Notes under the pieces: generated by a model
Seen by the model: the letters and a program-made list of their open reading frames with translations, nothing else
Database searches by the model: none
What the model was told of the DNA's origin: nothing
NCBI GenBank assembly: GCA_951406725.2
Contig: OX597819.1
Coordinates: 78,926,001 to 78,990,000, forward strand
Length of the DNA stretch: 64,000 nucleotides
From: Octopus vulgaris
Lineage: Eukaryota
Direction: 5' to 3'
Translations under genes and position numbers: made by a program
Shown: positions 52,223 to 64,000 of the stretch, in pieces
Numbering within the stretch: position 1 is the first letter of the stretch
Layout of the letters: each line of letters opens with the position of its first letter

Positions 52223-54062
52223 AATGTTTTATATATAAAGAACGTGAAATACAGGAAGGGACAAACACGGAACACAGACAAATCATTCGAAGCCTTCAAT
52301 CTTCAGTCAGACACCGAATCATCATAGCAAATTTCGGCTGTTCAATTCTGAGTGAACTCCCGAATAGGCCATATATGTGTTTTGAGTTGATTTTGTGGAA
52401 TTCTCTTACATTCCTTGGACTTCAACCTACCATGGTCTTTATGAAATGAACTATTTTGACATATTTTTGATCGAAGGGAGTAAAAACGTTTTTAGTTGAT
52501 TGGTATATTTTAAAAAAGTTTTTTAGTTGCCTGACACATTTTAGTAATTCTTTTTGATTACTTATTTTCTTGATAGGCTGTTCTATATATTTTTGTATTT
52601 TTATGTCCATACATATATTTCACCTTCTGTGCTTTAAGTATTCCTTTTATATGTTGAAGGCCATGGTAATGTTTATATATGATCAAATGTATGAATTGAC
52701 TCGAATTTGATGTTTGTTCTCTAATTAATGTTATATATATATATATATATATATATTTACAATGTGTTTCTTTCTGTTTATTAAATCCACTGTTAAGGCT
52801 TTGGACAGCTTGGGGCCTTAGCAGAAGACATTTGCCCAAAGTACCATGCAGTGGGATTGAACCTAAATTGATGTGGTTGAGAAGCAGACATCTTAACCAT
52901 ACATCCACACTTGTCAGAAATCATTTATCATAACTTACTGTTATTAGAGACTTTGACAATGTGTTACTGAAGACTCTGGCTTTGGATTCACTTGTGCTCC
53001 ATTCTTTGCTATGTTAGTTATCAAAATGTCTCCATTCTTCTTCTCTGGTTTGACTTTGGCCTTGTAGATTTAATCCAGAAATCTACCATTGCTTCTGTCC
53101 AATTTTATTCAGTACATTACTGTTATATTACCAATGAAAGTGAAAGTCAACTCTTGCAGGATTTGAAATCAGAACCTTAGGGCACACAAAGCTAAATATT
53201 AGTGCTAAGCACTCAGTGTCCTTACTGTATTATTCCTGCCATTTGGATGCTGTGATAGTGAAGATACCAGGATATTCTTTTGGTTCTTTTTAATAAACTT
53301 GTATCAGTTAAGCCTCACTGTGAATTTAGGGTCCAGGGTTTAGATGACATGGATTTTGGCAGTGTTGAATTAGGTTTGATCCGTGTAGTTTCACTGCAAT
53401 TCCAACTCATTAGGATTTACATACCACCCTTCCAAAATGCCAAAGGAAACCACAAATATGGTCACAAGATTTAAGAGAAATAGTAGCGAAATCTCCTTCA
53501 AATCATACCTTACAATCTTAAAGACAAACACTTTGGATGATGTAGACCATAGTACACAAGGCCTGCCTTTTAATCAGAGGTCAATGAATCTTGATCGCAC
53601 TATTATGTATCTCTCCTTCTTCTCTCCCCCTCTCTGTCTGTCTGTCTCTCTCTTTCTCTCGCTCCCTCTCTTCAATTTCTGATTCTGATTTTAATTACAA
53701 TATCTACCTCTCTTCTCTCAGGCATACATATTTCTTTTCTCTCTCTACCTTCATTTGCATACTGCCTCCTCTCTCTCTTTCTCTCATTCAATTTCTGGCT
53801 CTGATCACAATATGCGCCCTCACCCCCCACTTCACTCTTAGGCATTCATTTGCCTTTCTTTTCATTCTCTCTCTCCCCCCCCCCATCTCCCTCAAATATA
53901 TACATTACTACCAGATTAGCATATTGCTTCCTCCTCTCTTTCCCCCTCAAGACTTTAACCTAACTACTGCTTTTCCTTTTCTTCCAAACTTACCAATTAT
54001 CATTTTTTTTTCTCTCTCTCTAAGACTTCAACACGCTCTCCTTCTCCCTCTCCCTCTCTCTT

Positions 54063-54097
<35 letters not shown>

Positions 54098-54471
54098 GAC
54101 TTCTCTCCATTGTCCCTCTTTCCTATCATTCCATCCTTCTTCAGCTTCTTCTGAGTTGTGAATTGTAAAGATCCAAGCCATCCACTTGTAGCTGATTCTT
54201 TCTATAATGTTGGTTGGTGGCAACTGCTTACCATTGTAAACTTGTCAGGTTACTGCTGCCACTGCCACTGCTGCTTTTGTTGTTGTTTAACTCATCCACC
54301 CCAGGGTGTCTTCATGCACTTGCTCCACGCACTTGTACATTACCGCATTCTTCTGGTGTAACGCATGCACTCAGGCACATGTACATACATACACACACAC
54401 ACAAACACAGTTGCACATCTGTACATACACGTGGGCACACAGACAAAGGCACAAGTTCACATACACAAACA

Positions 54472-54518
<47 letters not shown>

Positions 54519-54715
54519 TCACACACTCAAACATACATTGTGTTCTCACATATACACAGACACATGCATATATACAAATATATGCATGCATATACATGCA
54601 CATGTATACATGTGGCTATATTCAGATAAATGCTTGTGAATGTTCACACAAAGGCCCACAGCCGCACACTCACAAACACGCATGTTAATGTGTAAATGAA
54701 AGTGAAAATAGTAGT

Positions 54716-54751
<36 letters not shown>

Positions 54752-56269
54752 ACACGCATGTGTGTGCGTGTGGGGTGGTTGTGGAACAAGGGAGTTGGCG
54801 TTTGGCAAGAATTTGTTGGCTGTATTCCCTGTTCCTTTCACTTTGAAACATTTGAAAAGTCTGAAGTCTGCAGGAAATGCTGTTCCACAGGGCCTACCTG
54901 TCCACAGTATGTGTGTGTGTATATATATATATATGCATATATATATATACAAGTAGCAAAGTTACAGAGAGAGAGAGAGAGAGAGTCACTCACAAAGAGA
55001 GGGGTAAAAACAGTGGGTTAAGAGAGGACCATATTGGATAAGACAATATGAAGGAAAAGGATATTTCTAAATAAGCGGGGTTTTCTTTGCTGCTATGATT
55101 GATTGTTGTCATACCATTATGTGGCTGGCCCTAAGTACTTAGCATTGAAAAGCTCAATGGCTTCTTGCCTCTCCATCGAGAGTGGATTGTGTAAGGGCAC
55201 CGGGTATATGCTAATGCCTGCACACGTGAAGGAAAAATTACATAAGTCCATGCAGTAGTAGAGGTGATGTTAAAATCACCTGTTTAAAACCAGTTGTGTG
55301 CACACTTTGACAGCAGCAGCGGCAGCAACTGCTGTAGCTTTTCTGTGACACTCACACATGTTGAAGATTTGAAGAATTCATCAAACAAACTGTTAGGATG
55401 CATTGATTTATTTCTAGTAAACAAACATGTGCTGACTTAATGAAAATTGTTGGAAGGGAAGAAATGAAAAAGGAAAAGACAGAAGGAGTTGTGTCCTCAA
55501 TAGTTGCTGGATGTTATCGTGTTTAGTGTGTGTGTGTGCATGTTCATGCGTGGGTGTGGATTTTTCTGTGTGTGTGTGTGTGTATAAGAAATTTATGAGC
55601 TCAGGCCTAAATGACAGAAAGGTGAATTAGTACTTCCATGGGAACCAACCTGTGTGTCTGTCACATGATGAGTAATTGCATTACCAATTTCAAATGTGTG
55701 TATACATACGTATGCACATGCACACACATGTTTTATTAAATTTCATTTATTGACATTTCTGTCGGCACCTTGGGTGTCTTTTACTGTTGCCCTCAGCTGC
55801 TCAATAGTTAGTGAGTGAATTTGGCAGACAAAACCTGTATTAAACCTGTCTTATGTGCGTGCATACATGTGCACGTGTGTGTGTGTGTGCATTGTTGCAA
55901 ATGTACATGAAAGTTGATATTTTGCTTGACTCCAAGTGCTGACGTCGATGTTCTTTATCAACATTATGACTGGTTGTTCTGTGTTTTTTAAGATTTAGGA
56001 AAAAAAAAAAAAATCCTTGCCTGCAAAGTAGGTGAAGATTGGCAACAGGAGGAGCATCTAGCTTTAAAATCCTGTTTCAAAATCAATTCTCATCCCAGCC
56101 ATTCTCATCCCATCCCATGGAAAGTGATATTAAATGAATAACGAATGATGATGATATCTGTGCACATAGCTGTTTCAACACATGCTTCCACATCAGGAAT
56201 CTTGCAAAACAAATACTTAAATGTATGTGTATATGTGTGTGTGTGTGTATATATTTCTTTACTACCCAC

Positions 56270-56860
56270 AAGGGGCTAAATTCAGAGGAGACCAACAAGG
56301 ACAGACAAAGGGATTAGGTCGATTACATCGACCTCCAGTGCATAACTGGTACTTAATTTATCGACCCCGAAAGGATGAAAGGCAAAATCGACCTCGGCAG
56401 AATTGTAACTCAGAACATAACGGCAGACAAAATACAGCTACGCATTTCGCCACCCTGTATATATATATAGGCATAGGAGTGGCTGTGTAGTAAGTAGCTT
56501 GCTTACCAATCACAATGTTCTGGGTTCAGTCCCACTGTGTGGCACCCTAGACAAGTGTCTTCTACTATAGCCTTGGGCTGGCCAAAGCCTTGTAAGCGGA
56601 TTTGGAAGATGGAAACTGAAAGAAGCCCATTATATATATATGTATGTATATGTTTGTGTTTGTCCCCACCACCACCCATCATTTGACAACTGATGTTGGT
56701 GTGTTTATGTCCCCGTAATCTAGCGGTTCAGCAAAAGAAACCAATAGAACAAGTACTAGTCTTACAAAGAATAAGTCCTGGGGGCGATTTGTTCAACTAA
56801 AGGCGGTGCTCCAGCATGGCTGCAGTCAAATGACTGAAAGAAATAAAAGAAGAAAAGAAT
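56270..56860. mobile_element. Family C SINE (- 56270-56455) back to back with a family A SINE (+ 56468-56860)
   Basis: TCGACCCCGAAAGGATGAAAGGCAAAATCGACCTCGGC; then GGCATAGGAGTGGCTGTGTAGTAAG...AAATGACTGAAAG. Confidence 0.88.
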
Positions 56861-57535
56861 ATATAACTGAATTTTGTTTTGAGCTTTGGTCTTCTTGGAT
56901 GTAATCCATGAACTGTTCATCGTCATCCTCATCATCATTTGACATCCATCTTCCGTGCTGCCATGGGTTGGAAAGTACAACAGAGTTTGAGGAGGCCAGA
57001 AAATAAAGCATTTCAGTTATTGGCCAATTAATTGAATTTTAGTCACGGCAATTATTGTAATGTTTTTTTTTTTTTTTTTTTTTTTTGTATTTCATCAAAA
57101 GTTTACTTACATTTCAATAACTCACTATAAAAGTGTAACACTGCATTGTATTCTGTTCTCTCAATTTTGGCATAGTTTCTATGACTGGATTCACTTCCTA
57201 TATATTTGCTACTCTCCTAGTACTCTATATACTCTCTGTATATATGCATGGGTGTTTGAGTGTATATATTGTTAATTGGACTCTGTGAGGTGGAATGTAC
57301 AAGCAAGTACCATAAGATAATGGTAAAGCTACTGGCAAAAAGGTTCTTACCAATACTTTCTGTGATATAGGTTTGATCCCTGGTTCAGCCATTTTGTTGG
57401 GTTTTTTTTCTCTTTCCCATATATGTTACTTGTAATTTTCTGCTATTCATCAGTATTCTGGAGCATGTTGTCTGGTTCTTGACACACTTTTTTAAGTAAA
57501 AAGAACTCCAGCAGGGATCCCACAGTTTATTAGAA

Positions 57536-57764
57536 TTAACCCTTTAGCAGTTAAACCAGCCTTATCCAGCCCAGATATTCTATCTGTTTTAGGTTCAAGC
57601 TGACTGGTTCTGGCCTCTTACGCTTACTCCACAATATCATTCTATAACTAAACAATAACATCATTAAAATCTGAAAGATATGATGTTATGCTTCATTAAT
57701 TCAAAATAATGTAAATTGAGTAAGCATTGCATTTGATAGAGTAACCTGAATAATGAAGGGTTAA
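57536..57764. mobile_element. piggyBac-like MITE, family D
   Basis: TTAA-CCCTTTAGCA...GAAGGG-TTAA. Confidence 0.8.
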
Positions 57765-58154
57765 ACACACACACTCACTACATGCACATGCACACTCATT
57801 GAATCTAGAATATTCACAAAGGCTGGAAAGGAATAAAGCACACATGTTCCACTAGATGTGTATTGTTAGTGCATACAATCAACAGGGCATGAATGAGCTG
57901 ACAGGAAATGTGGGTCTAAGTGGAATCAGATGTTGTGTGCTGCAGAGAATTCTGCATTGCTTAGGGTATGTGACAATATATATTGGCAGTGCTGAGTATT
58001 TCAGTGGATAGAAATGTTAGTTTATGTATTTTCTTTTATGCCATCATCATCTTCATCATCATCATTTAATGTCCATTTTCCATGCTGGCAGGGGTGGTGT
58101 TGGATATGTCTGTTTTCAGCCTCTTTACCATCTACCTTTTTTACTGCTATTTAT

Positions 58155-58388
58155 CAGTGGTTCTCAGTGGAGATTCATATAAGATTTTGCTGTTGGAGTT
58201 TATTTGCAATAAATTGGTTTATACTTTTACAGTATACAAAATATTTTAACAATTTATTTAATATAAGTCTTAACAATACTTTAATCATAAAAACAATTTT
58301 TTTTTAAACACCAAATAGCTATAAGGGTCCAGTAGAGTAAAGCTGGAATCAAAGTGGCCCATAGGTAAAAATTGGTTGAGAACCATTC
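58155..58388. mobile_element. hAT MITE, same family as 41230-41570
   Basis: CAGTGGTTCTCA...GGTTGAGAACCATTC; candidate TSD CTATTTAT / CTATACAT (6 of 8); shared subterminal AATCAAAG.GG.CCATAG.TAAAAA.TGGTTG. Confidence 0.8.
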
Positions 58389-58708
58389 CTATACATCATG
58401 CATTTTCTCTCTCTCTCTCTTATCATTTGTTGAAATTCTTTGCTCTCTCTCCACCCCCCTTTATTAGTATCCCTCACTCACTGTCTTTCTCATTACTCTC
58501 CTCTATCATACATTGTTGACACCTTGTTTTTTTTTATTTTCATTACTCTGACTTTTCCCATCACACTTCCTGCTGTTTTATATTCAATCTCTTTACCAAC
58601 AAACAACATGTAGCTGTCTATCACTCACTCTCACTTTCTCTATCTCTCTCTCTCTTTCCTATCACTCTTGTTCTCTTGTTATTGTCTCCTTTATTCCTCT
58701 TACCCCAC

Positions 58709-58747
<39 letters not shown>

Positions 58748-59544
58748 GTCTTTCTTGACCATATTACCTGCAACCTACAACAGCAATGCAGAATAGAGAA
58801 AGAAAACTTTTGCTTTTTGCCAGAAATAATGTAACTTCCATAGTGCTGCTGCCATGGCAATTTGCACCCATTGCACTTTGAATCTCACATTTTAGCAACT
58901 TGGAGGGATTTTCTTGCTAAGCTTCTCACTGATTGCTTTCTTGATGCTACTACTGATAATAACGAGGAGGAGATTTTAATAATGAGTTTGTATTGGTGGT
59001 GATTGTAAATAGATAAAGAAAAGCATATCGATATTGATGGTGATAAATGGTCAAGGTTAGTCTAACTAGAAACACATTCCCTGTTGGTTAGCCTCAGCTG
59101 GAGCAGTCCAACTTTTGCACATATCAGATAATGTTGGGAGAACAGGAGAGACAGTTCTTGATGTCTTTTCTATTGAGAGGTGACTAGAAACATTGATTAT
59201 TAGTGTATTGCTGTTCACATTTCAGTGATGCCAACGATGCTGTTATTGTTGATAGTGATAACTATGATGATGATGATTGATATTTTTAGCCCCAAGTCAG
59301 TCTTGATTCTACAAATGTGTGGTCACTGGTGTTCCAGATATGACCAACCTGTTGGTTTTACAAACATATATTTACGATTTTAAACTTTATTTAGGATTGC
59401 ATTATCCCATGTGGCCTTTGTCCTCTGTGTTTTTTAAATGATAAAGTCTGATTTGGGAGAGAGAATTGCCTATTATTTCTTACTGAGTCACCATATAGAA
59501 GCTTCCTTTGTTGGCTCTTGGTAGTGGTGGTGATGGTTTCTATT

Positions 59545-59955
59545 ATTATTGGCAGAATGGTTAGCACAGCAGGCAAAATTGTCTGAGTTTAAAATTCTTT
59601 TGAGGTTGACGTTGCCTTTCACCCTGTCAGGGTTGATAGGTGACTGCTTGGGCTGATTTAATCAATTTATCCCCTTCCCCAAAGTTGCTGGCCTTGTGCC
59701 AAAATTTTAAACCATTATTATTATTATTATTATTGTTATTGCAGTGAGCTGGTGGAATTGTTAGCATGCCAGGCAAAATTTTTAGTGACATTTTGTCCAT
59801 CTTTATGTTCTGAGTTCAAATTCTGCTGAGGTTGACTTTACCTGTCGTCCTTTTGGGATCAATGAAATAAGTACCAGTAAATGCTGGGATCGATTTAATC
59901 AATTTATCCCCTCTCCCAAAATTGCTGGCATTGCATCAAAATTAGAAACCATTAT
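59545..59955 (+). mobile_element. Two tandem family C SINEs
   Basis: Units end CCATTATTATT; B-box GAGTTCAAATTC in the second. Confidence 0.8.
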
Positions 59956-60043
59956 TATTATTATTTTTATATACACTCATCAGATTAGACTGTTGGAGAA
60001 GAAAAAATCCTAACAGGCTATAAGTAACCTTAAGATGCCAAGA

Positions 60044-60409
60044 TTATTACCTCCGCCTTAGCGAAGGCGGAGTTACTGTTTTCAGTCATGTTTGTCTGTT
60101 TGTCCGTGGACAAGATATCTCAAGAACCGCTGGATGGATTTGGATGAAACTTCCAGGGTTGTTTGGCCTCATGACTGGCACAAACTGATTAGATTTTGAG
60201 ATCAATTTGGCACCGGACAAGGATTCAGGATTATTTTTCCTGTTTTTTAACTTAATTTTTGAGAGCAGTCAGGTTCATTTTTAGTATTCTCGGTTGTGAG
60301 AGCAGTCGAGTTTATTTCAGATATTCTCATTTTAAAAATCATCTCCAACTAATCATTGAGAGGACATTGGTGTTGCCTTGGCAGAGGTTTGCGCTCTCTG
60401 AGTGCTCTT
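60044..60409 (+). mobile_element. Non-autonomous Helentron/HINE (DINE-1-like) element
   Basis: 5' palindromic subTIR CCTCCGCCTT-AGCG-AAGGCGGAG, (GTYY)n tract GTTTGTCTGTTTGTCCGT, 3' subTIR CCTTGGCAGAGGT and terminal hairpin GCGCTC-TCT-GAGTGC, in a T-rich site. Confidence 0.75.
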
Positions 60410-60462
60410 ATTATTATTATTATTATCATTTTTATTATTACTTTTATTATTTCTTCTTACAG

Positions 60463-60560
60463 GTGGTACATTGTTGGGAGGATATCTGTGTGGTGGTGAT
60501 TTCCCTCAAGCATTTGGTGCTCCCATTCTTGAAGCTCTGATTGTCATCAGCCTCTAACCA
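60463..60560 (+). other. Candidate 98-nt spliced exon (non-coding or stop-containing)
   Basis: T-rich tract with TTCTTCTTACAG|G acceptor and CCA|GTAAGT donor; unique sequence; stop codons in all three frames. Confidence 0.35.
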
Positions 60561-60632
60561 GTAAGTACTTTCCCATTTCTAAAAGACCGCTCGCAATTAT
60601 TTTTTCTCTTGTTTTTGTTGTCCTTCTTATTC

Positions 60633-60678
<46 letters not shown>

Positions 60679-60744
60679 GCAGCCAAATTGGGGAACCTTA
60701 TACTGATTAGTTTCCTGGCTCTCTAACCACAGATCCTTCGAGGA

Positions 60745-61160
60745 GTTGGTGTTTGTGGTTAAGAAGCTTGCTTTGCAACCATGTGGCTTCTGGTTCAGTC
60801 CTACTGGATGGCACTTTGAGCATGTGTCTTCTGTTATAACTCTTGGCTGACCAGTGACTTGTGAGTAAATATGGTAGACGGAAACTGTGTTGTAGCTTAT
60901 TGTGTCTATGTATGTGTGTGTATGCATGCATGTATATGTGTGTGTGTTTGTCACAACTCCCAACACTTGACAGCAGATGTTCCCCCATCGCACTGCTTGA
61001 CTAACTCATATTTACATCCCTGTAACTTAGCGGTTCAGCAAAGAGACTGATAAAATGGATACCAGACTAAAAAGTAAGTGCTGTAGTGAATTTGTTCAAC
61101 AAAATTTTCAGGGCAGTGCCCCAGCATGACCATGATTCAATAACCAAAACAAATAAAAGA
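60745..61160 (+). mobile_element. Family A SINE
   Basis: GGTTCAGTCC head through CCCCAGCATGACC...AAATAAAAGATAAAAG tail. Confidence 0.8.
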
Positions 61161-61544
61161 TAAAAGATCTATCATACTTACTACTACTGCGGTCACTGAA
61201 ATTGACCATACATCTCTCAGGAACAGCTTTTAGACATAAGCTAATGAAGAGGTGGAGTGAGTTGTTCAGTCGGACTGATTGGGACTTGTTGGGCAACATC
61301 ATACAAAATGTCTTCTACTGGCTGGCTAGTTAGTTAGTTATGTTGCTCAGTTCAAGTTATACTAATATTGACTCGGTATTTCATCTTTACTGGGTCAATA
61401 GAATAAAAGCACCAGTCAAGTGTGCATTTAGTCAACTATAATCCTGGGTGTGAATTTAGTCAACTATAATCCTGAACCAATTTTGAGGCCTGGTGACCAG
61501 GCTAGAAAATATTTCTACTACTACTACTAATGATAGTAATAATT

Positions 61545-61755
61545 GTTTCAAATTTTGCCTCAAGGGCAGCAATTTTGCGGGAGGGGATCAGTCGATTATA
61601 TCAACCCCAGTATTCAGCTGGTACTTAATTTATTGACATCAAAAGGATGAAAGGTAAAGTAGACCTTGGCAGAATCTGAACTCAGAATGTAGCAACGGGC
61701 GAAATCCTGCTAAGCACTTCATCCAGTTCACTAATGATTCTGCCAGCTCGCCACC

Positions 61756-61788
<33 letters not shown>

Positions 61789-62155
61789 TAAAATTTTGGC
61801 ACAAGGTCAGCAAGATCGGGGGGGGGGGGATTAGTCAATTAAATTAACCACAGTACTCGACTGGTACTTGTTTTATTGATCCCCAGAAGGATGAAAATTA
61901 AGGTTGATTTTGACAGAATTTGAACTCGGAACGTAAAGACAGACGAAATTCCACTATGCATTTTCCCTGGCATGCTAACAATTCTGCCTTCAATATAATA
62001 ATAATAATAAGAAGAAGAAGAATGTTTCAGATTTTGGCACAAGGCCAGTAACTTTGGGGGTGTGTGTAGGTCAATTACATCAACCTTAGCGCTCAACTGG
62101 TACTTCAGAAAGGATGAAACCATTGTCAACTTCAGTGGAATTTGAACTCAGAACA
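61545..62155 (-). mobile_element. Tandem array of three family C SINEs
   Basis: Units at about 61545-61757, 61790-61990 and 62023-62155 (truncated), separated by (AAT)n. Confidence 0.85.
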
Positions 62156-62399
62156 TACTTGTTTTTTGGCTGGGTTTCTACAGCTGGATGCCCTTCTGTC
62201 TACCAAATCCACTCCCAAGGCTTTGTTTGGCCCTGGGACTATAATACCAGACATTTACCCAGGCTGCCACCCAGTGTGACTGAACCTGAGAACACATGGT
62301 TGGGAAACAACCTTCTTAACCATACGGCCAGAACTGCTCCTGTTTTTGTACCTTTGATTACAGGTCCTGCTCAATCTGGATTTTCTCCACGAGTTAAGC

Positions 62400-63050
62400 A
62401 ATAATTGCTACTATTACTACTACCACCAAGTATGACTATCACCTCTGTAATCACTATGGCAATTACTACAACACTGCTTATAGTCACTACTCCTCTAGAA
62501 TCACTATCACAGATATTATTATTAACTACTCTTACAATCACTACCAATGTGATCTCCACTACTTTTATTATCACCACCTCCATAGCCAACACCAACACCA
62601 TCATCACTATCACAGTAGCTATAATGCTACTAACACCAGCACTGCCGTAGAAAGCGCCACGACCACCTCTTAAATTTACTACCACGTTAACCATCACTAC
62701 TAAATTACAAGTACTAGTACTGCTACTACTACTACTACTAACAACAACAATTACCTCTACTAAATAATTGCTAATGCCGCCACTATACCACCATCACCGC
62801 CACCACCAGTACACCATAATCATCATCAGCATCGCTACCACCATCACCATCGGCTTCAGAAATACCACCAACACCATCATTGCTATCACTAGCACCACCC
62901 CAATCACCATCATCATCACTACACCCACCACTGCTGCCACCATCATCATCACTACTACCACCTCCATCATCGCTACAACCACCACCACCATCATCACTGA
63001 TATCATCATCATCATCATTGCTACCACTACTAACTCTAGTTTCACTATGG
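62400..63050. repeat. Degenerate (ACY/ATC)n trinucleotide low-complexity tract
   Basis: ACT/ACC/ATC mosaics giving Thr/Ile- or His-rich pseudo-ORFs. Confidence 0.8.
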
Positions 63051-63119
63051 AGCATATAAAAATGGCGTTTATCTTTGCTTGATAAATTTATGGCTTTAGG
63101 ATTGATTGATGGCCAGTGT

Positions 63120-63485
63120 GATGTGCTGGTGGTGGCGATGGTGGTGGTGTGTGACAGTGTAGTTGTGTGCTGTGCTCTGTGTGTGTGTGCGTACGGCGTA
63201 ATGTGCTATATTGTATGTGTGTGAGTGTAGTATTGCGATGCTTGTGTGAGTGCATGTAGTTTTGTGTATTAGCACTGTGTGTGTGTATCTTTGCGTGTAT
63301 ATGTATTTGGGTTTTATCATGAGCTAGCGTATGCGTGTAGTGTGAGTGTACGGACGTGTGTATGTCATGTAAATTTGCGTTCGGTGTATGTTTATAAGTG
63401 TGTGTGTGTGTGTGTTTGTATGATGATCTGTACAGACACGTGTATGTTGTGTGAGTTTTGTATTTGCTATATGTTTGTATGTATG

Positions 63486-63523
<38 letters not shown>

Positions 63524-63900
63524 ATACATGTGTATGTGTTTGATGTATGTGTATACCTGGTGTATGTTGTGTGAATTTGTATTTACTGTATGTTTGTAAA
63601 TATGCGTATTCATGTAATATGTGTGTGCGTATGTGTTTGTATGACGATCTGTACAGACACATGTGTGTGTTGTCTGAGCTTTGTATTTGCTGTATGTATG
63701 TATATATATATATATGAGTGATACATGTGTATATGTTTGATGTATGTGTATGCTTGGTGTATGCAATTGTGTGTGGTGTATGTTGTGTGAATTTGTACTT
63801 ACTGTATGTTTGTGAGTATATGTATGCATGTGATATGTGTGTTTGTATGATGATGTATGCTGTTGTGTGAGGTGTCTGCACGTGCAAGTGAGTCTGCATT
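63120..63900. repeat. Degenerate (TG)-rich minisatellite-like region
   Basis: Recurring TGTTTGTATGA.GATCTGTACAGACAC, TATGTTGTGTGA.TTTGTA.TT.CT and GTGATACATGTGTAT.TGTTTGATGTATGTGTAT blocks. Confidence 0.7.
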
Positions 63901-64000
63901 GGCAGCATAGAATGAAGGGGACAGCTTATATTAGTGTATGCATATGACATGTGCTGACTGCTCTGTTTTACATCTGGTTTGCGTGTGTCTGTGTGTTGTT

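Noticed and set aside
62405-63082. Thr-rich mucin-like ORFs
   Set aside because: Degenerate trinucleotide repeats open in several frames on both strands, with no splice signals or domain.

Overview
AT-rich, repeat-saturated, non-coding animal DNA. I read it as coleoid cephalopod, most likely Octopus, from the repeat families and the extreme microsatellite density; this is recognition, not a database result. No intact protein-coding gene, rRNA, tRNA or CRISPR array is supportable, and nearly all listed ORFs are microsatellite or SINE translations. Retroelements: three tRNA-derived SINE families (A, B, C), RTE-like LINE 3' fragments and R4/Dong-type REL-endonuclease LINE remnants. DNA transposons: decayed mariner and maT (DD37D) transposases, piggyBac-like TTAA MITEs, hAT MITEs (one with a perfect 8-bp TSD), a Helentron/HINE-like element and a ~360-bp foldback. 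Most worth a second look: several degenerate hammerhead-ribozyme-like motifs, the foldback hairpin, head-to-tail SINE arrays in (ATT)n, a well-bounded 98-nt candidate exon, and TE-poor zones holding unique-sequence islands with TALE/Hox, POU, CCAAT and RFX-like motifs. These suggest a large intron or regulatory intergenic region. Repeat boundaries were read by eye (about +/-10-20 bp).
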